A program made the position numbers and the translations under genes. Positions 1-10,062 of a stretch of DNA of 64,000 nt are shown in pieces. The stretch covers positions 128,001-192,000 of the forward strand of contig JAGSHN010000025.1 of assembly GCA_029855935.1 (NCBI GenBank). Reading direction: 5' to 3'. The stretch's first letter is position 1, and every line of letters starts with the position of its first letter. Source of the DNA: Candidatus Thorarchaeota archaeon (GTDB taxonomy: Archaea; Asgardarchaeota; Thorarchaeia; Thorarchaeales; Thorarchaeaceae). Below the pieces are notes generated by a model that was given only the letters and a program-made list of their open reading frames with translations, ran no database searches and was not told the origin of the DNA.

Positions 1-1479
1 CACGTTGAGAGCAAACTGACCGTTCGTGCCATTACTCAGATGACTGTTGTCCATCCAATTCATATCCGCTGAGACCACAATCCGGCCGGAGCCAGCGAAT
101 GCTGCAGCGACCGGATAGCCGCCCGAGGTATTCCACACTGGGAAGGCACTGGGACTGATCATATCCACATAGCCGTAGAAGTTACCGATTGACAGCTGTG
201 GTGTAGTCCAGGCCTCGGTGAGAAGAGAATCAAGTGGCTCTGCCGTGTCGTAGGTATGGGCTGCAAGGGTCATGTTGACCTCTACCCCGAGTGTGGTGAT
301 GATCCGATTGATCTGGTCAGCCTGAACAGCGAATACAGGCGAAACTCCTGATTCGGTAAGTGCGAACAGTGTGCCACCATCAGCAACCCAGTTCTGAACA
401 GCAGTCACCTCAGCCGCCGTATAGTTGAAGTCAGGACTGACAAGAACCAATACGTCGTAGGGGGCAAGCCGCTCAGCCGTGAGATTGGCGGACGAAGTGG
501 GGTAGAGCTTGTCAAAGGTGTGGTCTGCCGCGACCCATTTGTCACGAACATTGCTATAATAGTCGGGATAGCTTGAGAGGTTGTCCCAAGCATCGACTCC
601 AAGGCGCGGAGAATGACTAAGGTCAAACACAATTCTGCCCTTCGGCATTGGCGCGAGCCACTCCACTGAGTCAACGACCAGGTTTCTCAGATCCACCTCG
701 GGGGTGGTCACGTTGAGAGGAAGCTGGATGACTTTTCCGCCCCTCTCTGAGGGGTCATAGGCAACAGCTGCAGTATCAAAATCGGTGGTTGTGCTCCGGT
801 TCAGTAGTGGAATCATTCGATTGTGATCCGCTGACTCCTTCAGCGCACTCCAGTTGAAGAGTGCATAGTCGAACCCGCCTGGCTTGATGGAAAGGCTCTG
901 TCCAAGGACGTAGTGACGTGTCGGTGGAGCTATTGTCTTGACAGTGTAGTTGTACTGCCAGGCATAGCGCCAGGTACTCAGGTAGCCCTCGGAGCCCTCG
1001 GACTCCTGCGGCAGAATGCCGGCATAAGTGATGTAGCTGATTGCACTGTCAATACTCAGGATGCCTCCTCCTCCGAGCCAGAACTCCTTGATATATGACA
1101 CAATACTCTCTCGCGGAAGGACATCGGGGATAATCAGGACATCATAGTTGCTTGTGAGCAGCTGGTGATCCACAATATCCTCAAGTGTGATGTTGGTCAA
1201 CAGATAGCCATTGGCCTCCAACAGGTCCCACAGACCTGTGAAGTCCGGAGTGGTCAGACCAGACGTGACATAGTCAGGCCTTGTCAAGTTCGGTTCGAAG
1301 TACACTGCAACCCTCACCGTCCTTGGTGGTAGGTCCGCAGGGACTTCCTGTGTGCCTCCGTCAGGCGCGGGGCCTGCTACGATGCCGTCACTACTGTTAA
1401 ACGGCGTGACCCCGACTGGAGCCAACACAAGCGAGACTAGAAACAGAGCGCCGAGTAGCAATGGCGCTGTCTTCTTCAT
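1..1479 (-). CDS. Secreted/surface protein with GATase-like/GIFT (GldG/IFT52-type) domains; runs off the left window edge
   Basis: Not in the ORF track. I read an open frame from ATG 1479 to base 1. Signal peptide MKKTAPLLLGALFLVSLVLA; motifs RIVFDLSH, YDVLVLVSPDFNYTAAEVTAVQNWVADGGTLF and GSGRIVVSAD; many N-x-S/T sequons. Confidence 0.75.
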   Translation of the reverse strand, partial: MKKTAPLLLGALFLVSLVLAPVGVTPFNSSDGIVAGPAPDGGTQEVPADLPPRTVRVAVYFEPNLTRPDYVTSGLTTPDFTGLWDLLEANGYLLTNITLEDIVDHQLLTSNYDVLIIPDVLPRESIVSYIKEFWLGGGGILSIDSAISYITYAGILPQESEGSEGYLSTWRYAWQYNYTVKTIAPPTRHYVLGQSLSIKPGGFDYALFNWSALKESADHNRMIPLLNRSTTTDFDTAAVAYDPSERGGKVIQLPLNVTTPEVDLRNLVVDSVEWLAPMPKGRIVFDLSHSPRLGVDAWDNLSSYPDYYSNVRDKWVAADHTFDKLYPTSSANLTAERLAPYDVLVLVSPDFNYTAAEVTAVQNWVADGGTLFALTESGVSPVFAVQADQINRIITTLGVEVNMTLAAHTYDTAEPLDSLLTEAWTTPQLSIGNFYGYVDMISPSAFPVWNTSGGYPVAAAFAGSGRIVVSADMNWMDNSHLSNGTNGQFALNV

Positions 1480-1612
1480 ACTCAATGTTACAAACTCCAA
1501 CAATGCGCGGGTGTGGCGCTCGGAACGCTCCGTCTGAACGCTAATTAACTTGCCGATGGAGTGACTGTTCCAACAGGACGAGTGAATTCAGCCTCCTGGG
1601 GTTTCTCCAGTG

Positions 1613-2449
1613 TCACTCGGTCCCCATCTCAAGGTCCTGTGAACCGTTCGTTGTGGCATATCCCTGCGCAATGACATCGTGCTTGTGGATGCTCTCCAAC
1701 GATGTCGCCTCTGCGAACATCTCAAGCTCGCGGTCAGCGTAACGTTCCCTCGCAATCTGCAGGATGTTGCGACAGACATCCTCAACGAACTGGGGGTTCT
1801 CATGCATTGCCTTTGTGACGAACTTCTCATCTTCGAGCTTGAGGAGCGAGTACGTCCTCCCCGAGAACGACTCTTCCACTATCTCAATCATCGACCCGTA
1901 TGTCGGAATCTGGTCGATGGTACCTGTCACCCTGAGCGTTCCAATCGCCCGTTGCATATGCGTGAGCCCATCGTTGTTGGCCATACAGTGTGGACAGACC
2001 GTGTTGCCCACCACCCTGACCTCCGCACTATGGATGACGGGACAACCCTCCTCAACCACAGTGACGGCCGTGACGTCACAGACCTCCCAAGTCCGTTTCT
2101 TGGACACAGGCGTCCTGCTGGCGTACCCGAACTCGAACTCGAACTTGACCTCGCCCCTCTTGAACGGGTGCTTCTGACGCAGTGCCTCAAGAATGCGCAC
2201 CTGCAGCTGCTCGACCGACGGGTACACACTAAACTCGTCGCTGATGACTTCGGTCATCGACTCAACGAGTCTAGACATATGAACCCCTTTGAGGTCGGCA
2301 GGAAGGTCAATCACAATCTCAACCCGCGGAATCAGATGCTGTCTCAGTCCGCTGCGCTCAATTATGACGAACGTCTTCAGATTGCGCACGCCGACACGGC
2401 TGAGCCGGATCTTGTGCCTCGGCTCCTCGTTCTGTGTGTCGAAGATCAA
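1613..2449 (-). CDS. mptA: GTP cyclohydrolase, FolE2/MptA family (type IB/IV)
   Basis: RVGV, KGVHMSRL, TVCP, HMQR, ENPQFVED and ESIHKHD motifs. Confidence 0.9.
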   Translation of the reverse strand: MIFDTQNEEPRHKIRLSRVGVRNLKTFVIIERSGLRQHLIPRVEIVIDLPADLKGVHMSRLVESMTEVISDEFSVYPSVEQLQVRILEALRQKHPFKRGEVKFEFEFGYASRTPVSKKRTWEVCDVTAVTVVEEGCPVIHSAEVRVVGNTVCPHCMANNDGLTHMQRAIGTLRVTGTIDQIPTYGSMIEIVEESFSGRTYSLLKLEDEKFVTKAMHENPQFVEDVCRNILQIARERYADRELEMFAEATSLESIHKHDVIAQGYATTNGSQDLEMGTE

Positions 2450-2616
2450 GTCCTTCGCCTCAAGAGGGTGATTGGTGCTCCGTTGGGGGCACGCCTCTGG
2501 GGCTGGCGCGTCGGTCTGTGCTTTTAGGTTTGCGCCATATGGAGATTCCTGTTGCCAAGCAGTGAACTGTTGCCCTCAGACCACGCGTTGGGTCGCTGAA
2601 CTCAGAAACGAACCAT

Positions 2617-3072
2617 CTAGCCAGGTGAGGCATAGCAGGCAGTAGAGCCGGGGCTCTCGCTGACGCAGACGGTCATCCTCAGGCCGGGGGCGAGTTCTAT
2701 TCGAGAGTAGATATACTCCGCCAGTAGCTCTGCGGTCGTCGCGCCAATGGGGAGAATCACACAGTCGTCAGCTGGAAAGACGTACCGCCGTCCTTGAGAT
2801 CTGACCGTCACCTCGGTCCCTTGGCTCCTGACTTCGATGACGTGGGAGTCCGCGGGGAGCAGGACTCGATGATCGAGCTCCTCACAGATAGATATGACCT
2901 GTCGCCTCAGCTCACGAAAGTCAATCACCATACCGTGCCCGTCAAGAGGACCCTCCACCTCTACAGTCACGCTGTAGTTGTGGCCGTGGAGTTTCTCCAC
3001 ACCTCTCTCGTCAGCCACAAAGTGCGCTGAGCTGAAGGACATCCTCTCATCAGTCACGACAACGGAGTGCAT
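2617..3072 (-). CDS. 6-pyruvoyl-tetrahydropterin synthase family protein (ExxHGH, PTPS-III-type motif)
   Basis: FSSAHF, EKLHGHNY, LDHRVL, TTAELLAEYI, VSES; adjacent to GTP cyclohydrolase. Confidence 0.85.
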   Translation of the reverse strand: MHSVVVTDERMSFSSAHFVADERGVEKLHGHNYSVTVEVEGPLDGHGMVIDFRELRRQVISICEELDHRVLLPADSHVIEVRSQGTEVTVRSQGRRYVFPADDCVILPIGATTAELLAEYIYSRIELAPGLRMTVCVSESPGSTACYASPG

Positions 3073-3078
3073 CCTAGG

Positions 3079-4833
3079 TCACCTCAGTCCCCGCTGCATC
3101 TCGAAGAGATCAATGAGGTCCGCGACAGTCGTGGCCTGCGTCGGATTCTTGTCATCGCGAAATCGTCCGGTGAACCGGGGGAAGCGGATTGCAAGGCCCC
3201 CTGTCCCAATCTTCTCACGACCCGCAGGATGAGTCGGGCTGATTGTGACTTCATCACCTACGACCTCTACCACCAGACGTGGCTCGAACCAGACGTCCGC
3301 CTCAAGGTCAGAAACAACCCTTGGATCACGAGCGTCGAGAACATAGTCAGCAAGCCGTCGCTTGAATTCCTCAAGCATCTCATCGGTGAAGCCGGTGCCA
3401 ATCTTACACACGGTGGGAAAGGTATCCGTGTCCTCATCATACACAGCAGCAAGGATTGCGCCATACACGCCAGTCCGTTTGCCGCGACCGTGAAACGCGC
3501 CCACGACGACGAGGTCGAGGGTGTCCATCATCCCCTCCGAATAAGATGCCTTGAGCTTTATCCAGAGCCAGCTACGGGAGCCCGCCTGGTATCTTGAGCC
3601 CTCATGGACCGCCTTTGCCATTATCCCCTCGTGGCCGGTGTCGAGAGCCGTCATAAAGATCTCCCGCAGCCGTTCGGCACTGTCCGTCACCTCACCAACT
3701 GTGAGCCCTATGTCTTCGCATTTGTCGACAATCTTCTCAAGAACGGACCGCCGATCGAGCATTGGGCGGACACTGATGTCCTCGCCATCAGCATAGAGGA
3801 CATCGAAGAGGAAGACCCGAACGGGCACCTCCTTTGTCATCTCCTCGATGTCGAACTTGCGCCGACGCCGCATCAGTTCCTGGAACGGACGCGTCTCGCC
3901 TGTCCCCGGGTCGTATGCTACAACTTCTCCCTCGATGATACAGGAGCCCGTTCGCACATGGTCGCGGACATATTCCACAACGTCAGGATATTGATCGGTT
4001 ATGCGCTCCTGTCGGCGTGAGAAGAGAACAATCTCATCACCCTTCTTGTGCGCTTGGATTCTCTCTCCATCGTACTTGTACTCTACAAGTGCCCTTCCGC
4101 CGACCTTCTCCATTATCTCCTCGGGACTCGAGAGTTTCTTGGCGGCCATCATCCGTATTGGCCGACCGACCTCGATTGACACGCTACGCACAGCCTCTAT
4201 CCCCTCCTCTGCGAGGAGTCTGGCCACATATCCGAGGTCACTGCAGAGGTTGAACGCGTGCTCAATGTCAGACCTGTTGTCGCGGCTGCCGGTGAAGGCG
4301 AGCGCAAGCGAGTCTACAATCATCATATGCCCCAGACCAAGTCGGAGGCTCCCTGTGACCGTCCGCATAATGTAGCGCGCCTCCAGAGGTTGGGCCTCGG
4401 TCAGGAGACCGACAAGGAGTGACGTCTTCATCTTACTACTCCCCGAGCCCGACGCACGTGCGACAGAGTAGAGTGTGTCAAAGACCCTACTGACCGTCAG
4501 CTCCTCACTCAGGAGGGTCATCTGAACGCTGGACTTGAGGAGTTCCTCGGCGGCTGCGCCAATGTCACCCAGCCGTTTCACTACTTTCTTGACCTCGTCA
4601 TCAGGCACTGATGCGGCCTGCGCTACGACCTGTACGGCCATCTTCTCAGCAATTCCAATCTCGGGCTCGCCCTTCCAGTCCGGGAAGAGCTTTCCCAGTG
4701 TCAGAGCAATGACCTTCTCGATCTCAGAGGCCTCGGCCTCGCGCAGTAGCTCGGCAAGGATTGCAATCTTGTCGAGAGAACCGGATGTGTTCTCAATCTT
4801 CTCGTACGCCTCAGCAAGACGCTGATAGAGCAT
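3079..4833 (-). CDS. lig: ATP-dependent DNA ligase
   Basis: Motif I EYKYDGER, EGIMAK, WLWIKLK, DLVVVGA, RFPRF. Confidence 0.97.
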   Translation of the reverse strand: MLYQRLAEAYEKIENTSGSLDKIAILAELLREAEASEIEKVIALTLGKLFPDWKGEPEIGIAEKMAVQVVAQAASVPDDEVKKVVKRLGDIGAAAEELLKSSVQMTLLSEELTVSRVFDTLYSVARASGSGSSKMKTSLLVGLLTEAQPLEARYIMRTVTGSLRLGLGHMMIVDSLALAFTGSRDNRSDIEHAFNLCSDLGYVARLLAEEGIEAVRSVSIEVGRPIRMMAAKKLSSPEEIMEKVGGRALVEYKYDGERIQAHKKGDEIVLFSRRQERITDQYPDVVEYVRDHVRTGSCIIEGEVVAYDPGTGETRPFQELMRRRRKFDIEEMTKEVPVRVFLFDVLYADGEDISVRPMLDRRSVLEKIVDKCEDIGLTVGEVTDSAERLREIFMTALDTGHEGIMAKAVHEGSRYQAGSRSWLWIKLKASYSEGMMDTLDLVVVGAFHGRGKRTGVYGAILAAVYDEDTDTFPTVCKIGTGFTDEMLEEFKRRLADYVLDARDPRVVSDLEADVWFEPRLVVEVVGDEVTISPTHPAGREKIGTGGLAIRFPRFTGRFRDDKNPTQATTVADLIDLFEMQRGLR

Positions 4834-4929
4834 TGGTCACACTCCCAACACCTAGTTGGCGCACCACATTGTTTATAAACGCAGCCTAGGGCGATGCTCA
4901 CTCAGTCAGCCTGAGAAACGGTGAAGAAC

Positions 4930-5184
4930 TTGGGATGTATCAGACCTCGCTACATCAAGAATGCGGCCCGTGAACTGTTGATGCACTACCCAGACGAGTT
5001 TACGACCGACTTTGAAACGAACAAGCGCCTCGTCGAACAGTACACGGACGTTGACAGCAAGAAAGTGAGGAACCGTATCGCGGGCTACCTCGTCCGTCTG
5101 GTCAAGAACCGAATGCGGATAGAGGCCCAGATGGCGACCGATGAGGAGGAGATCGACACCGGCACTGATTTTGCAGCAGAGTAG
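4930..5184 (+). CDS. rps17e: 30S ribosomal protein S17e
   Basis: GCIRPRYIK...FTTDFETNK...SKKVRNRIAGY; TTG start at 4930 (alternative GTG 4921). Confidence 0.95.
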   Translation: MGCIRPRYIKNAARELLMHYPDEFTTDFETNKRLVEQYTDVDSKKVRNRIAGYLVRLVKNRMRIEAQMATDEEEIDTGTDFAAE

Positions 5185-5350
5185 TGAGGCGTTCGTCCTC
5201 CTGCCAGCTTACAGCCGGTCCCACGTAGGGCTGCAACATCTTGTATTTGCTCACTACCCATATGGTCGCAAGATAGCATACCGTTTGCCTGCCCTGCCCA
5301 ACTCTTGCCGCTGGAGCCACATCCTGCGATGGCTACAGGCGGGAGAGAGA

Positions 5351-8062
5351 TCATATCACGAGCTTCTTCTTCTCTCTAGTCAACTCCTCTGCCTCTCTCA
5401 TCGCCTCGTCATAGATGTCGATTGGAAATCTATTGTGCAGCGGTGAGATTCTCGCTCCGAGTGCCACAGCCCCGTAGAACCTGCGCGAGAGCCATCCGAT
5501 GCCGCGCATCCTCACCATCTCCGAGGCGCGCTTGAACTCCGCCATTGTCCTGTCGTCCCAAGTGCCCGAGAGGCCGCTCACAAAGGAGTACACATACAGA
5601 GAGGGCAACGTGCCAAGGAAGAACAGCACGGCAGAGGAGAGGATGTCCCCAACGCCGCCCCAGATCACGCGCGCGACCATCTCAAGACATACGTAGTTCG
5701 CCACCGCTGCAATTGAGGGCCCGATATAGCTCTGCCAGACATAGAACTTCGGCGCCGAGATCGTACGCCGAATCAACACCCAGGCCACAATGTCCTTCAC
5801 AAACAGACCTATGCAGTATCCCACGATGATTCCAGGCATCCCTCCGAGATAGATGCCGAAGACTACCGGCTCCGTGACGACAAACCACGTCATTGCAACA
5901 GCACGAATCGACTGCTCAAGAATCCAAACTGCCGCAGCCAAGCCAGTCCGCTCAGCACCAGCGAACATCCAGTCTCCTAGCCAACTCCAGAATCCCAAGA
6001 CCTGAAACACAAGGAAGAACTGCAGCAGGACGGCGGCGTAGGCCCATTCAGGACCAGCCGCACCGAGTATCGCTCGAGCGCCAATTGCTGCGAGCATGGA
6101 GACCAGCCAGAAGACGAAGAAGGCGCCGTACTTGAGGCCCTGCGCCGTATAGAGCTCGGTGAGGCGCTTCTTGCCGTGTGAATAGGCCTCAGAGATGCCT
6201 CCGAGCATTCCCTCCATGAACAGACCCACAACACTGACCATGATGGCGAGATCCCACGCCAGTTGATACTGACCCTGCAGTGCAGACCAGTTGAGAAGAT
6301 GCGTGCTGATCAGGAGCATCTGGTAGAACCAGACCAGCGGAACGGCAGCGGCGCCGACCGTCCACTTAGCACCGAACTTCAGCGCCTTGGCGACCTGTTC
6401 GCGACCATAGTCTATTCGAAACAGGGTCGTCAGCTTGAGGCCGAGACGCCGGAAGAGAACGACAGAGACCCCGAACACCATCCACTCGGAGAGGTACGAC
6501 CCGATGGCCTGACCAATGGCTGCACCAAGAGCCTCTCCGAAGATGGGATTCTGGGCGCCCCACCAGCGAAAGATCATTATGAGCGAGTAAGGGCCGATGG
6601 TGTCAAAGACGATGTACTTGGCCACTGTGAGTATCTGTTGGTAGTCTATACGGTTCATCCCGCGAAAGACGTGAATGAGGAGTAGGGTGAAGCCCGGAAA
6701 CTGGAACAGCGAATGTGCGATAAAGACGTATGATAGATGTGCGAGATACGTGTGAGGAAAGACTATCGAGCCGATGAACGCAACAAGGGTGATCTGGACC
6801 ACGCCGGTGATGCACTGGAACCATATGAAAATCTGAGCGTACTTCACGGCCTCCTCGGGATGTTCGACTCTATACTCCGCGAAGTACTTGGCTAGTGCAA
6901 CACTGGTGCCCAAGTCGAACACGGTCCACAGACCAAGGAAGAGATTCACACTGAAGGAATACCAGCCAGCAGCCTGTGGGAAAGGCATCACATAGCGGGG
7001 GTAGATCATAATGGCCATCACGACTCGGGGGATGACTAGCAACAGCGTCACAAAGAGCTGTATCAGAAAACCACCCAGCTGGCGGTGCATACCCACTTCC
7101 TCCCACTCGTCAATCTCCTCCGAAACCTCGACGAGCAGCTCGGCCCGTTCCATCTCATCAAGTATCTCCCTGTGCCGTGCAGAGTAGCGCTTCATAGAGC
7201 GATACGAAACGGCAGTCAGGACGGCGATGGCGAACACGATGATACCGATGACCATCTGCTGCTCCGTGTGAGGGACGGGCGAGTATGCCCACTCGGCGTA
7301 GGTGAGCGGACTCCCGCCAGCCAGATAGACAGCAGACGAGTAGAGGAAGTAGTTGTAGTAGGGCCAGAGTGTGAGCTCCAGATTCGTCTGTGTCTCCTCG
7401 GCAGAGGCATTGACAGTCAGCCACGGAGTGAAGACCAAGACCTCACCAGAACCGACCCGGGATGACACGAGCAGGGGGACACCATAAGTCCCGAACCCTG
7501 TGTCGTTCGCGAGGAGAATCTCTGCGCCCGGCGCGACATTGGGAAGGACTGTGATCCTGTCAGTGGGCGGTGCAGAGGACCAGTCAAAGCTCATCACGGG
7601 ATGCTCCGTATTGACCATTCTCGTGACGATGGCAGCTCGCGGCCGACTCGCGGTCAGGTCGTTCGAGACAGTGACGCCCAGCTCAGACATTCCCGTGCCA
7701 TTGACCGTCATCTCGGGGCCCAGCAAGACCAACGCGCCGTGCCCGGATCCCAAGAAGGCCTGAAGCGAAGACACATCAGATGTGGAGAGAGGAGTATCCA
7801 CAATGACAAGAGCGTCAATATCACTGTCCCCCAGTGCCTCTTCGACTGTCGCGTGGCGGGCAAGTGAGATTGAGTTGTGGTCCAGCTCGAGGGCTGTGAC
7901 TACAGATGGTGCACGCTCGTAGCCGACAATTCCAACAGTCACGGGCGATGTGTCCTGAAGTGGCATTGTTGGTTGTGCGAGGACACTGGCCATGACGACA
8001 CCTGGCAGAGCCATCACGAAAAGAAAGAGTATCAGGGGTAGATAGGCAGACCGCGCGTGCAC
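5351..8062 (-). CDS. Signal peptide + GATase-like extracellular domain fused to a MOP-superfamily (flippase/Wzx/MurJ-like) multi-TM domain
   Basis: N-terminal signal and DALVIVD...LQAFLGSGHGALV; C-terminal about 12-14 hydrophobic segments with DLGTSVALAKYFAEY. Confidence 0.65.
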   Translation of the reverse strand: MHARSAYLPLILFLFVMALPGVVMASVLAQPTMPLQDTSPVTVGIVGYERAPSVVTALELDHNSISLARHATVEEALGDSDIDALVIVDTPLSTSDVSSLQAFLGSGHGALVLLGPEMTVNGTGMSELGVTVSNDLTASRPRAAIVTRMVNTEHPVMSFDWSSAPPTDRITVLPNVAPGAEILLANDTGFGTYGVPLLVSSRVGSGEVLVFTPWLTVNASAEETQTNLELTLWPYYNYFLYSSAVYLAGGSPLTYAEWAYSPVPHTEQQMVIGIIVFAIAVLTAVSYRSMKRYSARHREILDEMERAELLVEVSEEIDEWEEVGMHRQLGGFLIQLFVTLLLVIPRVVMAIMIYPRYVMPFPQAAGWYSFSVNLFLGLWTVFDLGTSVALAKYFAEYRVEHPEEAVKYAQIFIWFQCITGVVQITLVAFIGSIVFPHTYLAHLSYVFIAHSLFQFPGFTLLLIHVFRGMNRIDYQQILTVAKYIVFDTIGPYSLIMIFRWWGAQNPIFGEALGAAIGQAIGSYLSEWMVFGVSVVLFRRLGLKLTTLFRIDYGREQVAKALKFGAKWTVGAAAVPLVWFYQMLLISTHLLNWSALQGQYQLAWDLAIMVSVVGLFMEGMLGGISEAYSHGKKRLTELYTAQGLKYGAFFVFWLVSMLAAIGARAILGAAGPEWAYAAVLLQFFLVFQVLGFWSWLGDWMFAGAERTGLAAAVWILEQSIRAVAMTWFVVTEPVVFGIYLGGMPGIIVGYCIGLFVKDIVAWVLIRRTISAPKFYVWQSYIGPSIAAVANYVCLEMVARVIWGGVGDILSSAVLFFLGTLPSLYVYSFVSGLSGTWDDRTMAEFKRASEMVRMRGIGWLSRRFYGAVALGARISPLHNRFPIDIYDEAMREAEELTREKKKLVI

Positions 8063-8230
8063 CTGCTCGCCTCCGGGTTGAAGGACCTCTGGCGCGGTGG
8101 CTAATATTCGTTCCTAGCGTAGGAGCACCAGTGTTCTGACTTCTCGCACCACTGGCAGAGCATACTTATGTACGGCGTTTTCATACGGAGACCGACAATG
8201 AACAATTCTAACAATGTGTGGTGACTGACC

Positions 8231-8842
8231 TTGATGGACAGGGGGTCGGCTCACGGCAAGTACCTGATATGCCTGGGAGTCCTCTGGTTGACGTTCCTCG
8301 TTGTGACAGCGCACATCATCACTCGACCCCCGACGACAGATTCGCCTGAATACCTGGCCATCTTCTCCGCTCGTCTAGTTCTCAACCTTGTTGTTGTAGC
8401 CGTTGGGTTGCTCTATGCGTGGATAGGCCGTCGCCTGTCGTCGCTCCCCATCGTAGTGGCGGGCATCGCAGTTGCCATAGTCCCACTGGCATTTGGAGGC
8501 AACACTACAGTCACCATCATCGTGGGCGTCCTGTTTATGCTGCTCATAATGGGAGCCAGAATCCCGTCGAACGAGTTGAACGTCCTAGAGACTACCCATA
8601 TGGGCAGGGTGATCTCCTACCTGCTAGTCATTGGTCCTACGGGATTCATCACTACTGCTATAGTATCAGTCGTCATCATGGCCCCTCTGGAAACTCTGGG
8701 TCTGCTCTTCATATACATCATAGTACTCGGATTGTTCTCAGTGCCTGTCGCCTACGTAGAGCGGGGCATCCAGTTCGTATCTGGCGACGACGACATCGGA
8801 TCGTATCCTGCAGACCATTCCACACACACGCTCAGCCTCTAG
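8231..8842 (+). CDS. Hypothetical integral membrane protein (about 6 TM)
   Basis: Repeated hydrophobic helices; divergent from the upstream gene. Confidence 0.6.
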   Translation: MMDRGSAHGKYLICLGVLWLTFLVVTAHIITRPPTTDSPEYLAIFSARLVLNLVVVAVGLLYAWIGRRLSSLPIVVAGIAVAIVPLAFGGNTTVTIIVGVLFMLLIMGARIPSNELNVLETTHMGRVISYLLVIGPTGFITTAIVSVVIMAPLETLGLLFIYIIVLGLFSVPVAYVERGIQFVSGDDDIGSYPADHSTHTLSL

Positions 8843-8967
8843 GTCCACGCGTCTCCGCTCGCAGGCATCGTAGCCACATTGCCAAGATTGCAAGTGACGC
8901 GGCAACGTAGGGAACAGCTGCACGGTGAAACGCACCATACTTAAGAGGGCTGTCAGAAAAGAGTAGT

Positions 8968-10041
8968 ATGGGCCAGTGGGTGAATAGACTCTTCCACGGA
9001 GACAGCCTTGAAGTGATTAGTCAGTTGATGGAAGAGCTGAGAGGGAGGGTCAGGCTCATCTACATAGACCCGCCATTCTACACGGGGACGGACTACTCAA
9101 TCAGGAGAAAGAAGGGGGGTAGTGCCGCCGCTGCACCAGCAGTCGCGGAAACAGCGACATTCAGTGACCGATGGGACGGCGGCCTCGGGGAGTACATCTC
9201 GTTTCTCCGAGAGAGGCTTGAACCAATCCGGGAGATTCTCTCGGAGACAGGAAGCCTCTGGCTACATCTGGACTGGCACGTCAGCCACTATGCCAAAGTG
9301 ATGGCTGACGAGATCTTCGGACGGAGGAACTTTGTCAACGAGATCATCTGGAGAAGGACCAACAGTCCGAAGGCTCAGAGTGTTGGACTTGGTAGCCAGC
9401 ACGACACGATCCTCCTGTACGCGAGGGACAGAGCGAAGTTCAGACTCAAGCCCATATACAGAGAACACGATGCTCACTCGCTGAGGCCCTACAGATACAG
9501 GGATGAGAGAGGCAGATTCAGACTGATAGAGATCGAGGCTCACGGTATCCAGAGAAGCGCCTCAAGAAGACAGTTTGAGTGGCGCGGGAGGACCGCTCCC
9601 TATCTCTACAAGAGAGAGACCTTGGAGAAGTGGTGGAGGGAGGGATTGATCTACAGAAGCAGGAACGGCAGGTACTCAAAGAAGCAGTACCTCGATGAGA
9701 CGAGGGGTGTTCCGGTTTCAGACTTGTGGCTTGACATACCTCCGCTACAGGGGGCATCTGCGGAGTACACGGGCTTTCTCACTCAGAAGCCTGCTGCATT
9801 GCTGCGAAGGATCATAGAGTGCGCCAGCGACCCAGGGGACATAGTGGCCGACTTCTTTGTAGGCTCCGGCACCACTGCTGTCGTGGCTCAGGAGTTAGGC
9901 AGGCCGTGGGTCGCCTGCGACATCTCAGAGGCAGCCCTGGTAACCACGCAGGAGAGGCTCCTCAGCGTCTCAGACTCCACGCAATTCACCGTGATTGACC
10001 TGATGGCAAGGGACGAAGAGGAATCTTCAATTGTGTGTTGA
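8968..10041 (+). CDS. Site-specific DNA amino-methyltransferase (N6A/N4C, beta class), orphan
   Basis: LIYIDPPF (motif IV) precedes TQKP and DFFVGSGTT (motif I). Confidence 0.9.
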   Translation: MGQWVNRLFHGDSLEVISQLMEELRGRVRLIYIDPPFYTGTDYSIRRKKGGSAAAAPAVAETATFSDRWDGGLGEYISFLRERLEPIREILSETGSLWLHLDWHVSHYAKVMADEIFGRRNFVNEIIWRRTNSPKAQSVGLGSQHDTILLYARDRAKFRLKPIYREHDAHSLRPYRYRDERGRFRLIEIEAHGIQRSASRRQFEWRGRTAPYLYKRETLEKWWREGLIYRSRNGRYSKKQYLDETRGVPVSDLWLDIPPLQGASAEYTGFLTQKPAALLRRIIECASDPGDIVADFFVGSGTTAVVAQELGRPWVACDISEAALVTTQERLLSVSDSTQFTVIDLMARDEEESSIVC

Positions 10042-10062
10042 GTCTCGGGTGGGGGTCGGACA

